A DNA stretch of 64,000 nucleotides from Basidiobolus meristosporus CBS 931.73 (GCA_002104905.1 MCFE01000083.1:114485-178484), one strand, 5' to 3'; counted from the first letter of the stretch, positions 13,428-24,952 are shown. The notes: a model not told the origin generated them from the letters alone. Numbers and translations are program-made.

Positions 13428-14971
13428 TGGCTTTAATGTTGCTTTGGTTTACATGGGGAATTGTTAATCGGTTTCTAACTTTAGTACAATACGAATGCCC
13501 AGCATTCAAAACTGTTTAAATTACATCGGATATCGATTGGGTTAATATACTGGGAATCGGAATGGGGCGAGTTTAACTGGGCGGCTGGTGTCAGCGAACG
13601 AGGGCTGGGGTCAGGGTGAACTGTACGGTGGCTGGTCTGGGCTCACCAACTGCCCCTCTGAAACCCTGGTGGATCACCTCGTCAAAGCTCACTTCCCTTA
13701 GCTTCTCCCGGACCTGATCCAGGTTGTCGCCATATTCCAGGGTCACCTCGCACTTTGTCCGGCTCTTGAGCAGACCGAACCTGCTGCTCATCCTTCGTCT
13801 GAGCTCCCGGGATTCCCCGTGTTCCGATTCGCTGGCCACCTCCATGTCTGTCATGCTTGACTTGGAGAGAAGTGGTGTGGCTGATGGTCTGCGGGCTTTT
13901 GGGTAGGTGGGGGCAGGTCCAGAGTAGCACTCGGTGAAGATGTTGAACAGGCCCATTTTCTTGGATTGGATTGGCGTGAAGAGATTTAGCTTGAGTAGAT
14001 CTGGATTGGATCAGACTTGCTGATTACTAGTTGCTTGCAATGATAGGTGTGTGTGTGTGTGTGTGTGTGTGTGCTTATTTGTTTGTTTGTACGTTTGTAT
14101 GTGTGATTGCCGTTGCTTGAACTGGATACAGTGAGGTACTAGATGACCTGTCTGGCTGCTGTGTGCTTGCTAAAGAATACTGGGGAGATGACGAGGGCGG
14201 CGGGACTTATATACACCTCGCATCCAAGCATCGCACAAGAATCTAGTGTTAGCTGCATACAATCGGTTTCATCAGAGCAGCATAAAGTGGCAATTTAGCT
14301 CACTCCTTGCTGAGGAATAATCCAGCCCGAATCCCTCCCCCAATATGCACGCTGAATGCGGATCTCTGGCCAATGTCGCTTGTGATGGTGGTGTTCGGAG
14401 AGGCGGGCTCTCGACTTGACAATCGACCTGGTGAGATGCGGTTCCATCCACTGCATTTGTCTCTTCCCGCTAGTCCACCATCCATTGGGCGATGCGGAGA
14501 TGTCGGAAGAATGGATAAATGAGTGAATGAGTGAGTGAGAGGATGAGTGGATAAGTGGATGGGTGCATGGGCGGATGAGTGAACGGGTGAATGAGTAAAT
14601 ACGTGATCGTGTCGATGAAGGACCGTTCCCTCAAGTTGGAACAAATTAACCTGGATTGGGGAATATGAGGTCAACTCAGCCATGTGTATTCACATCCGCG
14701 TCCGTACGCTGGATCGACTTCATCACTGTTCGCTCTTGCCACACGATTCTCACATCAGAGACCATAGATGCTCGGTCAAGCCGCACATGAGGCTGCACAT
14801 TACAACCAAGTATGGATGAATGAAGGTGAACGAGCGAGTGGGTGAGCGAGAGAGTCTCTCGGAGTCACCGTCTAGCAACATCACCTCTGTCAAGGAATGA
14901 CACCTTGTATAGGCTCTGAGGTGAAATAAAGTGGTACTTTGAAGAATTGTATTGGATTCAGCCGTTTCATC
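13428..14971 (-). repeat. Right arm of a large inverted duplication (spacer 13119-13427)
   Basis: Reverse complement of 11474-13118, including the (CA)n tract, a TATA-like TATATAAG and the ORF. Confidence 0.95.
13591..13956 (-). CDS. Hypothetical 121-aa protein, copy 2 (different C-terminus caused by one extra G)
   Basis: Identical to copy 1 up to GFRG; the DNA reads AGAGGGGCAG versus AGAGGGCAG. Confidence 0.55.
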   Translation of the reverse strand: MGLFNIFTECYSGPAPTYPKARRPSATPLLSKSSMTDMEVASESEHGESRELRRRMSSRFGLLKSRTKCEVTLEYGDNLDQVREKLREVSFDEVIHQGFRGAVGEPRPATVQFTLTPALVR

Positions 14972-15396
14972 GGGCTTCATAAGAAGATAAACAAGAGTGC
15001 TTTGCTTGAGCGCCCATAGGCTCGGCTACAGTAGGAATTAGCCGAGATACCTTATCTGCAATTGGTCTTAGGTAAATCTGACAAGCCATCAAAATAATCG
15101 ATCACTAGTAAGATAGGTAGGTTGACAAGCAATGATGCAGATATTGGTTGGGAATGCTCAGTTGATCAGCAATCGAGTCAAGATACTATCCGAGCTTCGG
15201 AGCGTTTATTAAAACAGGGATAAGAATGGTGGCTTGCCGCTTTACAGTCTATTAGAAGAGGGATGCTATTTAAAAAGAGATGGCAAGGAAATAAATATCC
15301 AGTAAGTATCAACATTGCGGGATTTGAATGGCCTACTGCATACAAATGGGATTTTTTACAGAACTCTCGGGTTTGAGTTGGCAGGGTTGATCGGGG

Positions 15397-17256
15397 TCAT
15401 GCAGCGCACGCCACATTCCCATATTCGAATTGGACCGAGTAGAGCGAGTGGTAAGTGAGCAGCTTGCGTAAACGATAGTTTGACATCTGATCCCCAGAAG
15501 AGGCGGCTCGCTGGAACCAAGTCGCCGCCTCTTCTAGGTTTTGGTCCGTTCCCAAGCCCTTCTCCAAGCAAATGCCCAGATGATACTGTGCCGATACATA
15601 TCCCTTGTTCGCTGCGCGTCTAAACCAGTAGGCAGCTGCTGCATAATCTTTCTCTATACCTTGGCCGTTTTGTAAACAAAGACCAAGCTTATCCTGGGCT
15701 CTAGGATGGTCTTTCTCGGACGCCTTACGATACCACTTAACCGCTTGAGCCTCGTCTTTCTCGATCCCCAATCCATTGGCATAGCAATAGCCTATATTGC
15801 ATTGAGCCCATGGGTTTCCCTGCTCCGCGGACTTCATATACCAATATACCGCCTGTTTGAGATCTTGCTCGACACCAAGACCCTCTTCGAAACAGAATCC
15901 GAGGGAGTTTTGAGCGATGACGTTGCCTTGCTCGGAGGCGCAGCGGAACCATTTGACCGCCTCGGGGTCATTTCTGTTTACCCCAAGTCCATTCCGGAAA
16001 CAAAGCCCCAAGGACAGTTGGGCGGGAGCGTGGTTTTTGTTGGCAGCCAAGGTGTACATATAAACAGCATTTTCTGGACTCTCCTCGACTCCGATCCCAT
16101 TCTGATAGCAATAACCAAGGGAGTGGAGCGCGAAGATATTCCCCTGGGTGGCAGACGCGGTGTACCACCTGACTGCTTCCTTGACGTCCTTCTCTACGCC
16201 GATTCCATTCTGGTAGCAGAAGCCCAGGTTGTGTTGTGCTCGTGCGTGCCCTTGAATCGCAGCTCGGTTATACCAGTAGGCACCTTGGGATTCATCTTTT
16301 GGAACGCCGATACCGTTCTGGTAGCAATAGCCAAGGTTGCATTCCGCCCAAGGATAACCCTGCTGCGCTGAGCTGTGATACCATTCAGCCGCCTTGGTCA
16401 GATCCTTCTCGACCCCAATGCCATCCTCGTAGCAATAACCGAGGGAGTTCTGTGCGAACGCATTTCCCTGCTCAGCAGAAACGCGATACCACTTCACTGC
16501 CTGTTCCGGGTCTTTCTGCACACCGATCCCATCCTCGTAACAGTAGCCAACGTTGTATATGGCCACCGACTCCCCCTGATTCGCTGCTTTCCGATACCAC
16601 CGCATGGCTTCCGCTTCGTCTTTTTCCACACCGAAGCCTTCCCCATAGCAGTAACCAAGTATTCCTTGACCCCGGGAATGGCCTTGTTCAGCGGACATCT
16701 TGTACCATTTGAAAGCTTCGGCTGCATCCTTCGGCAAGCCTATCCCGTCATGGTAGCAAACGCCCAGACAGTACTGGGCAGCCGGGTTGGCCTCCCGGGT
16801 AGCGGCAGTAAACAACCACTTTAGAGAATCCTTGCCTGACTTTTCAATTCGTTGTTGCCAATAATCCGCCTCCACCCAATCGATTTTAACCGAAGGGCGG
16901 CCATATTTCCGTAGAAAGGCCAATCTCGCCTGGGACAAACCGTCCTCGTGTTCGGCAGCCTTGATATAGTTCACCTCGGCCAACTTGAAGTCCATCTTAA
17001 CCCCAAGCCCGAACTCGTAACAGAAAGCCAGGATGCCTCTGGCCTGGTGGTTACCCAGCTCCGCTGAGAGTCTGAAGTACTCGGCGGCTCGACGTTCCTC
17101 TTTGGAGGTCCGGCCTTTGCCAAAGAAGTACTTCTCCCCTAGTCGGAATAAACGCGCGCTATCGTCGGAGGAGGACATTTTCGAGCGACACTGCTTGTTG
17201 AGTCGTTGGAGTAATCTCTTCGACCTTGTGACCAGGAAAGTGGTTATGGTGACCAT
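15397..17256 (-). CDS. Sel1-like repeat protein (about 15 repeats), intronless
   Basis: Repeated 36-aa units AQxxLGxCYxxGxGVxKDxxxAxxWYxxAAxQG. Confidence 0.93.
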   Translation of the reverse strand: MVTITTFLVTRSKRLLQRLNKQCRSKMSSSDDSARLFRLGEKYFFGKGRTSKEERRAAEYFRLSAELGNHQARGILAFCYEFGLGVKMDFKLAEVNYIKAAEHEDGLSQARLAFLRKYGRPSVKIDWVEADYWQQRIEKSGKDSLKWLFTAATREANPAAQYCLGVCYHDGIGLPKDAAEAFKWYKMSAEQGHSRGQGILGYCYGEGFGVEKDEAEAMRWYRKAANQGESVAIYNVGYCYEDGIGVQKDPEQAVKWYRVSAEQGNAFAQNSLGYCYEDGIGVEKDLTKAAEWYHSSAQQGYPWAECNLGYCYQNGIGVPKDESQGAYWYNRAAIQGHARAQHNLGFCYQNGIGVEKDVKEAVRWYTASATQGNIFALHSLGYCYQNGIGVEESPENAVYMYTLAANKNHAPAQLSLGLCFRNGLGVNRNDPEAVKWFRCASEQGNVIAQNSLGFCFEEGLGVEQDLKQAVYWYMKSAEQGNPWAQCNIGYCYANGLGIEKDEAQAVKWYRKASEKDHPRAQDKLGLCLQNGQGIEKDYAAAAYWFRRAANKGYVSAQYHLGICLEKGLGTDQNLEEAATWFQRAASSGDQMSNYRLRKLLTYHSLYSVQFEYGNVACAA

Positions 17257-18097
17257 GGAAGTCGTTATGTAAGGTGTTTCTGAAGGAGGGGTACTTCGAA
17301 ATCGGAATCCGTGCTAGTTTAGGGTTGGTCAAGCTCAACTTGGGGGTTCTATGATTAGATAATATCTAGTGTCGGTAGGAAAGGGTGTAAGCCAACGGTT
17401 CGTAGGCTACCAGGGAGTATATATATATATGTGCGTCGGGTCACCAGAAGATACAAATGATGGAACGGTCACCAGAGAAGGGGGAAAGAATACAGATGAA
17501 GGAGAAGAAAAACGTGTGGAACAAGATTATGCAAAGGAGATACCCGTCAGGCAATCACTAGCTCTAACAAGAAATGAAGATGACCTCTTTATCCACACTC
17601 AGAATTCCTATTCAATATTGTGATTGGGATGTATGAGGTTTCATTTATAGCATCTTGAGTACCGCAAATGAGCTTTGTTAATCTCCATGGTTACAGAGAA
17701 CTAAGAAGCTTGCCTATATCGGGGATTTTGCAGTACAAATGAAATTAGGATGCAACATTAGATGCAACAAATATCAGGTAATGAGACCCAACCCTATTAT
17801 CGGCCCTACTCCCCATCGACCCTGCTCCTGTAGCTGGAATAATGTTGGCGTTGGGAGCATATATTTATCTGGAACCTCAACAGAAGAAATTGATCCTATT
17901 TCGAATGCGTGGCTGCCGGACTTGACCCGCGGATAATGCTATTCCGACCGATATTATCGAAATTTATGAGTCAATATTTATCATGATGAATCCACGTACC
18001 AATTTGGCCGACATCTTGACCAGAATTTGGGTGATTCACATAATTCCAAGTTAAAGGTACGATGCTGCCGTTCGGCTGAGCAGAGACAAGAAACACC

Positions 18098-19630
18098 ATG
18101 GCAACCTCTTCCAGTGTCCCCTTCTCCGAGACGGAAAGAGAGCGGGAAAAAGTGCTGGCGCTAGAAATAGCTGCCGCTGCCCCCCAGTTTCCACTTTACT
18201 GGCAACTCGGAATCCAAGATGCCTCCGCAGTGGTTGAGCAGGCCAAGTATTTGGTGAGTGTGAAGAACTTTGATTTCGACATGGTGGGTTTTGAAAGTTT
18301 CGACAAGCCACCAACGGCCGAGGACGTTTACCTGGTTATTTGTCGAGCTGTGGCTTATCCGATGCTTAGAAACGCGCAACCGCAGCGTCCTGAACGAATC
18401 TATTGGGATACAAGGGAACACCACAGTCTAACAAAGGATGGAGAAGAGTTCCTCTCAACCAGGCTCAAGGAGAAGCTGCAGATCCAGCTCTTAATGGAGG
18501 CAGCTCCTACGGAGGCTCCTGTCAACAAGGAGGCGGCTCGTAAGGTTTCAGCCTCCATTTGCTACGTATGTGGTGCTGAGCTACTGAAACGATTTTGCTG
18601 CAGTCATTGCAAAGCGGTGAAGTATTGTGGCCGCGGTTGTCAAATCAAGGACTGGCCACTACATAGAAAACTCTGCTCTTTATTGAAACTAACGATGGAG
18701 AAATCCAAAGAGCTGGGTGAATTCCCATTTACCTTCACAAAGGAAGGCTACTTCACTGAAGACAGTGATCAGCCGGAACAGCAGGCATTACCTTATCACG
18801 GGACAGGGTTTTGGAGAGAAGAATTCCTTGATGGATTGCCTTGTCCAACAAATCAAACTGAATGCGAAGTGACCGAGCCTGTGGATCTGAGCGGGATTAC
18901 TAGCTCGTTACTTCCCTTCGATAAGCCCCTGGAAAAATCCTCCGGCTTTGCCGACACCCCAAAGGCGATTTACAGCTGGAGAGACTTCTACAGAGCAAAG
19001 GACATCCCTTTGTCCGACCCAGCTGCAATGCTTCTGGCGCATCCCTTAACTTTGTTCCACATAATTGCCCATCTGTGTCGAGACGGGTATTCCACAGATG
19101 TGGCAACCGCATCTGGCTCCTACCTGTGCATACACCTGGTCAATTCTCATCCGCATCATCCCAGCATGGGGCCAATCTACCAGCTATTATTGCCGCTCTT
19201 CCCCGGTGTTACGCTAGACATCTTCATGATTCACCAGGATGCCCATAAGCCTGACTCCCTTTCACAAGAATTCAAAAGTGAGATATTCGCGTCATGTGTA
19301 CGAGTCCATACTGTCCCAACCACCTACGCCAACTTTCCTGTAGACCAGTTCCCACCTGACGTCGTCATTGGATACCAGATGTCCGACTTGCTCTCGATCA
19401 TGGCCCAAGAGGAGTTGACCAAACTGATGACCAACGCCAAGAGGAACTTCTTCGTCGAAAACACCGAGCTGGGTTGTCATATGGTACGTGAGTCCCTGAA
19501 GACCAGCCTGAAGCTGACCCCTGGCTTGCCATGCTCAATCAACCCGTTCCGTCAGCCTTACATGAGGTTCTTGCCTTCACTTTCCGTACCATGCTACACG
19601 AATGCCTTTGTGTTAGGATATGGAAAATAG
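18098..19630 (+). CDS. zf-MYND protein with an MSS51/ZMYND15-17-like C-terminal domain
   Basis: MYND finger CYVC...CSHCKAVKYCGRGCQIKDWPLHRKLC, plus family-like motifs LSDPAAMLLAHPLTL and INPFRQP. Confidence 0.82.
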   Translation: MATSSSVPFSETEREREKVLALEIAAAAPQFPLYWQLGIQDASAVVEQAKYLVSVKNFDFDMVGFESFDKPPTAEDVYLVICRAVAYPMLRNAQPQRPERIYWDTREHHSLTKDGEEFLSTRLKEKLQIQLLMEAAPTEAPVNKEAARKVSASICYVCGAELLKRFCCSHCKAVKYCGRGCQIKDWPLHRKLCSLLKLTMEKSKELGEFPFTFTKEGYFTEDSDQPEQQALPYHGTGFWREEFLDGLPCPTNQTECEVTEPVDLSGITSSLLPFDKPLEKSSGFADTPKAIYSWRDFYRAKDIPLSDPAAMLLAHPLTLFHIIAHLCRDGYSTDVATASGSYLCIHLVNSHPHHPSMGPIYQLLLPLFPGVTLDIFMIHQDAHKPDSLSQEFKSEIFASCVRVHTVPTTYANFPVDQFPPDVVIGYQMSDLLSIMAQEELTKLMTNAKRNFFVENTELGCHMVRESLKTSLKLTPGLPCSINPFRQPYMRFLPSLSVPCYTNAFVLGYGK

Positions 19631-19692
19631 CTTCTGATGATAAGTTATGTATAGCTTGCGTTTTATTAGAAATTGGGCGAAGGTTCGTGGCT

Positions 19693-21200
19693 TTATCCTA
19701 GCATATCATCCAGCCAAGACTCGAGATCGTCACCTTTAGTGGCCGTTTCTTTTTGGGCGGCCTCCTTCTTCAACGTCTGCGGGACAGGTCGTGTACTTGC
19801 CAAAGATGTCCGCGCTAGGGAAAGTACAATCTCGACGTCAGGGCTGTTTAAATCATCATCCGTAGATAGAACACCTTCATACCTTGTTTATCATTTGAAT
19901 CATCGAGCGACAATAAAAAATCGAGCTCTGCATTGTTCGCTTCTCCCTTTTCCTCTACTTGAAAATCGATGAAGTCCTGTAGCTACGCATCCATTGGTAT
20001 AAAAACGGTACCTTCATTTAGTGTAAAGCTAGCCTTGGAGGACAACTGCCTCTTTTCTAGTTTTGGAATGGCATTAGTTCGCAAGATATCATCCATAACG
20101 GACCAAATATTCCTACCTGTTGTGACATAGGATTCTCGATCATTAGTGGATCTAGGTATAGGGAGGCTACTGGCAGAAGGCTTGGGCTTGGAGTCTGGGC
20201 GTAGTGATGTAATCCCTGCCTGAGAGTATAGCGGCTTGGGCTTGGCGTTATGTGGGGGATTTTCAAATTTTTCAGGGATCTCTTCATCTCTGAATCCTTC
20301 CTGTGAGGAGTTCTAGCTTTAAGGCCCAAGCGTTCTATGATAAATTATTTGACCTTACATTCCACTCAATCTCACTTTCAAGTTGAAGTCGATCACTCAC
20401 TGGGAGCGTTCTCAAAGAGCGTTGTAGATCATCAAAATCGATACTCATGAACGTTTGATAGTTCTAAATGTGATCTTTCAGGTAAGTATCGTCTGTCCCA
20501 GAACTAATTATTCGGGTGGGGGAGAGTTGACCTTCTGGTTTGGTGTTGCCGGCTCGTTAGACTCCAGATCATTCCACTCTTTTTCCTCTTTGAATTTGAA
20601 GTAAGCGTCAGCATCCATATTGTCATCTACTCGAGTAAGGAAGATTAGTGGGTGTCTATACGGCCCTCTGTCTCGAAACGTCTAGACCTGCTTTTTCCAG
20701 CAAAGAGAGTAGGTTTTTCATTTCCCGCTCGGCACTTTCTACAGCGTCAATCTCCATTTCCTCTGTAGAAACACCGCAAAGAATGTTAAGTAGGCTTCGT
20801 ACAAGATGCTATCCATGCACATACCTTCCGGTGTAGGCTCGTCATATCTCGACAAATTGCTCTGTAATTTTCTGCGCGAAAAGTTAGGTCGGCTATCTTT
20901 CTCCTCGATCTCTTCTTCCGACCCACTAATCTGGTCGTCCTGAACAGGCTGTCCAGGGGGAGGGGGGCCTAATCCAAGAAAAAAATAAGAACAGAGTCCA
21001 GAATATAGTTAAGTGTAGGCTGTAAGTGTATACCGCCTCCTCTGCCTCTGCCCCTTCCACGTCCTCTACCCCGGCCACGCCGCTTCTCAAAGCCTCTACG
21101 GTCTTTCTTTAACACTAGATCGTCACTTCAATGCTATCGTCAGTGTCTACTACAGTGACTTTTCATAAATGCTGGAAAAGAAATTACTTCATGACTTGGT
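19693..21200 (-). CDS. AVEN: Aven-like (cell death regulator / RGG RNA-binding) protein, multi-exon; start codon not resolved
   Basis: Manually spliced exons give RRGRGRGRGRGRGRGG, FSRRKLQSNLSRYDE, DADAYFKFKEEKEW, IDFDDLQRSLRTLPVSDRLQL and a C-terminal DDLESWLDDMLG-stop. These match the order of Aven motifs as I recall them. Confidence 0.72.
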
Positions 21201-21533
21201 TCAGGTGTCTGAAAGGGATGATATATCTTAGCAAAATCCCCGGCTACAGCATATATGTGCGAATGATTAGGATGCAATGGACTCGTCACAAATTCGCACC
21301 CACCAATTTAGATGAACTATGAAATTCAATATACAACTACGCATTCTGTTAATTTACACTAAGATAGATAGGAAGATTTCACATGAACAATCGAATCAGG
21401 TTTATTTAGATCGGTTGTTAGGTGGGTTGTTCAGCATACAAAAAGAATTAAATAGACGATTTGCTGGTTCTAGAAATACATGTAAAATCTTGTGCAAGCT
21501 AGTGGCCGGATGATGTAAAAGGGATAGTTCTCT

Positions 21534-23033
21534 TTACAACTCGTCGTGTTCGGGGTCTTCCTTCTCCTCAGCAGCTTCTTGCTTAGGAGTGGGCTTGGCG
21601 ACCTCAACCTCAACATCGACCTTGTTGGAGGCGTTCTCCTTCAAGAATTCGACGAAAGATTCCTCGGTTCTGTCACCGTCGTAGTCAACGATTTCCTTAC
21701 CCTTGCCAGCCTTGAAAAGCTTGATGGTGGGGAAGCCTTGGATTTGGAAACCGGCGCTGACTGGGATGTCATTGGCGGTGGCGTCCATCTTGGCGATGAC
21801 GATCTTGTCCTTGTGTTCGCTGTAGGCGGCACCGAGCTTCTCGTAAATAGGAGCAAGCTTCTTGCAGTGTCCGCACCAGGGGGCATAGAATTCAACCAAG
21901 ACATCCTTCTCTTGGTCGAAAACGATCTCCTCGAATTGGTCGGCAACAACAACCTTGACGGCGTCATCGTTCTTCTCGGGGATGGGCTCGGACTTGATGG
22001 ATGGCTCAACCTCACCAGCCAAGAAGCTCTTGACAAAGGCTCCAACGTCAGCGGTGGTGATTTCCTTGGATTGGTCGAAGGGATACTTGGCATAGGTCTC
22101 GGTATCCTGGATGGCAAGTGCGGGCCACTCGGCCTTCAAGTTGAGGGTATCAGCGTGTCCAGCATACTTCTCGGCATCAATGAAGACAAAGTTGACCTTG
22201 CCCTTGTTCTCCTTGGCGACAGGTGCAAGTTGCTTGTGAAGAGCTTCACGCTCGGCGTCGCCGGAGAAGAAGATGTAGGTGAGGGGAAGTCCGGATTCGA
22301 CATAGGTGCCGTAGTTCTCGGGACCGATCTCGTCCAAAAGAGGAACAGAGTTGGTGCGGATGAACTTCTTCAACTCCTCGGCGGTGATCTTTCCTTCGAA
22401 GACATCCTTGCCTTCGTCGAACTTCTTGAAGAGGACGACACCGGACTCCTTGATGTCGAACTTGCTCAAGACTTCGGTGTCAACGGAGGCACCGAAGAGG
22501 AAATCGTCGCGCAATTCCTCGGCAACTTCCTTGAGAGCCTTGTATTCCTCGGACTCGGTCGATGGGAAGAAACCGATGACAACGACGTTGTCAGAGTCCT
22601 TGAAGGTCTCGACGGACTCAAGAGTGACTTCGGAGAGAGCGGGGAGGTTTTGCTTCTTCATGTAGCTAACGATACCGTCCGCCTTACGAGGACCGTTGTA
22701 GTCATTTGGTGAGCCCTCTCTGAAGACCTTCAAGGTAGGATAACCGGTGACCTCGAACTCTTGGCAGAGGTCGGTTTCCTCAGTACAATCGACCTTAGCG
22801 AGCTTGATGTCTTGTTCCTTGAGAGTGGTGGCAGCCTTCTCGTACTCGGGGGCCAAGGCCTTGCAGTGACCGCACCAAGGAGCGAAGAACTCAACAAGCA
22901 TAAGCTTCTCAGGGTCAACCACAGACTTGAAAGTGTCCTTATTGAGGCTTAAAACATCTGAGTCTTCAGCCAGGGCAAGAAGAGGAGCAGATAAGAGAGC
23001 CAAAGCTGTGACGAAAGAACGGAAAGGACGCAT
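21534..23033 (-). CDS. PDI1: Protein disulfide isomerase, intronless
   Basis: Signal peptide, two FxAPWCGHCK motifs, a-b-b'-a' length, C-terminal HDEL. Confidence 0.97.
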   Translation of the reverse strand: MRPFRSFVTALALLSAPLLALAEDSDVLSLNKDTFKSVVDPEKLMLVEFFAPWCGHCKALAPEYEKAATTLKEQDIKLAKVDCTEETDLCQEFEVTGYPTLKVFREGSPNDYNGPRKADGIVSYMKKQNLPALSEVTLESVETFKDSDNVVVIGFFPSTESEEYKALKEVAEELRDDFLFGASVDTEVLSKFDIKESGVVLFKKFDEGKDVFEGKITAEELKKFIRTNSVPLLDEIGPENYGTYVESGLPLTYIFFSGDAEREALHKQLAPVAKENKGKVNFVFIDAEKYAGHADTLNLKAEWPALAIQDTETYAKYPFDQSKEITTADVGAFVKSFLAGEVEPSIKSEPIPEKNDDAVKVVVADQFEEIVFDQEKDVLVEFYAPWCGHCKKLAPIYEKLGAAYSEHKDKIVIAKMDATANDIPVSAGFQIQGFPTIKLFKAGKGKEIVDYDGDRTEESFVEFLKENASNKVDVEVEVAKPTPKQEAAEEKEDPEHDEL

Positions 23034-23984
23034 AATAGTTTGAGCTGCTTGAGAAGTCTGAAGTTACGTTCCCATAGGACGAATATTTAAATAGGCAGGC
23101 GTCGTTCAGATTGGCTATAATGTCGAATATCATCGGTCTGAATGGCACGGCACTTCGAACCAATCACAGCCTACAAACACAGAGAATGTTTATTATCGAG
23201 AGCAATGTCCAGTTGCTATTGGGTAATATTAAGATTCTGCTATGAACGATCCAGAAGGAACTACGTGGATTTCATGTCTGATATGCTCATGAAAAATACC
23301 ATCTCTGACCTGATGTAAATTCTCCTGCATTCACACCAATCTTAGCTTAAGATTATGTTTAATCTACTTGAGTAGCGGCATAAATTGAGGTTAACTGGCG
23401 CAGCTAAACCAATTTTATGCGCAATCGAGTCCCTCATTACTAATACAATATTTGGCAAGGCATATCATGCATTCAATACTATGACACGAAAATAATAGTT
23501 AGTATGCTCTCTCCTTCGTTTCCCTATGAAACTGTCGGAAATACCATAAGTATTCAGGCTGTACCACTATCCATGGGACAATCTCGTAGTAGCAATGATC
23601 CGGGCCCTTTGATTAGTGATGTCATAAGATGGCATAAATAGTAAAATTGGACTACTGCATTGCACTAAACAGGCAAGCGAGGAGTTCCTCTCAGTAACCG
23701 CTAGAATTACACCTATGCTATTCACGATGAAGTGAATTCTCACATACTCCAACACTTCGGGTATGGAAGCAAAGATGGTATGCTGATTTTATTCCAAAGA
23801 TATTGAGCTATATTGAAACAACATAGTGCATCACCATAGCCTCAGTATTCGAAGTACGCTAGAATCTATTCCAACCAGTGATCACTCAATGCTCATTGCG
23901 TTTTACATTTCCATTTATCAAACAACTCCTTCGGCTTCACAAGGGCAGGTATGCGCACTAAGTATATTGTTTCTGAGCACTATC

Positions 23985-24766
23985 ATTTTACCAGGGATAT
24001 AGATTAAATAGCCTCGTTGAGATGGGATTGAAGATTTTAACTGTCAATTCATAGATATCAACCAAGACATCCCTTAGTTCGGGGTCTTCGTTCTTCTCAG
24101 CAGCTTCTTGCTTAGGAGTGGGCTTGGCGACCTCAACCTCAACATCGACCTTGTTGGAGGCGTTCTCCTTCAAGAATTCGACGAAAGATTCCTCGGTTCT
24201 GTCACCGTCATAGTCAACGATTTCCTTACCCTTGCCAGCCTTGAAAAGCTTGATGGTGGGGAAACCTTGGATTTGGAAACCGGCGCTGACTGGGATGTCA
24301 TTGGCGGTGGCGTCCATCTTGGCGATGACGATCTTGTCCTTGTGTTCGCTGTAGGCGGCACCGAGCTTCTCGTAAATAGGAGCAAGCTTCTTGCAGTGTC
24401 CGCATCAGGGGGCATAGAATTCAACCAAGACATCCTTCTCTTGGTCGAAAACGATCAACCACAGACTTGAAAGTATCCTTATTGAGGCTTATGACGCTAC
24501 TAAAATCGGCAGATACCAGAAGGGGTACATAGAGGAGAGTCAACGCAGAGAGGAAGGGAAGGGGACGCATTGTCTAACTGAGAAGGATCACGAGTTCGTT
24601 ACTCGCGGATCAAAGTTGAAATGCACATCTCGGTAATTACTTTGAGCCGAACGGTCTATGGTCTAGAATACGTTCACTCCACACGGCTAATAATCGGTTT
24701 ATTTTACCAGGGAAGTAGATTAAATAGCCACTTTGAGATGGGATTGAAGATATTAGCCGACAATTC
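23985..24766 (+). repeat. Imperfect direct repeats of about 55-65 bp (23985-24050 and 24701-24766) flanking the PDI pseudogene
   Basis: TTTTACCAGGGA..TAGATTAAATAGCC...TTGAGATGGGATTGAAGAT occurs at both sites. Confidence 0.8.
24077..24570 (-). pseudogene. PDI paralog with about 1 kb internal deletion
   Basis: Own ATG and signal peptide (MRPLPFLSALTLLYVPLLVSA), then LNKDTFKSVVD fused out of frame to the a' domain. The WCGHC Trp codon is mutated to TGA, and HDEL is absent. Confidence 0.88.
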
Positions 24767-24952
24767 GATGGTGTAATTTGATACATTAATAACAGTCAAT
24801 GCTATGTTGCAAACAGCCTAGCTTCCGCCAAATAAGAAAATATATGCAGAGGGTTGAAGGGGTTCTATTTTTTGAGTGGATCATTTCATGAGAATTCCTC
24901 CACTTTGATGGAAGTATGGAGGACACAAAACTGGTTTCACGAATTTCCTTTC

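Noticed and set aside
15706-16824. Several plus-strand ORFs of 150-220 aa inside the Sel1 gene
   Set aside because: They are antisense shadows of a repetitive coding sequence.
21546-22712. 388-aa plus-strand ORF overlapping PDI1
   Set aside because: It is an antisense shadow caused by strong PDI1 codon bias, with no recognisable motifs.
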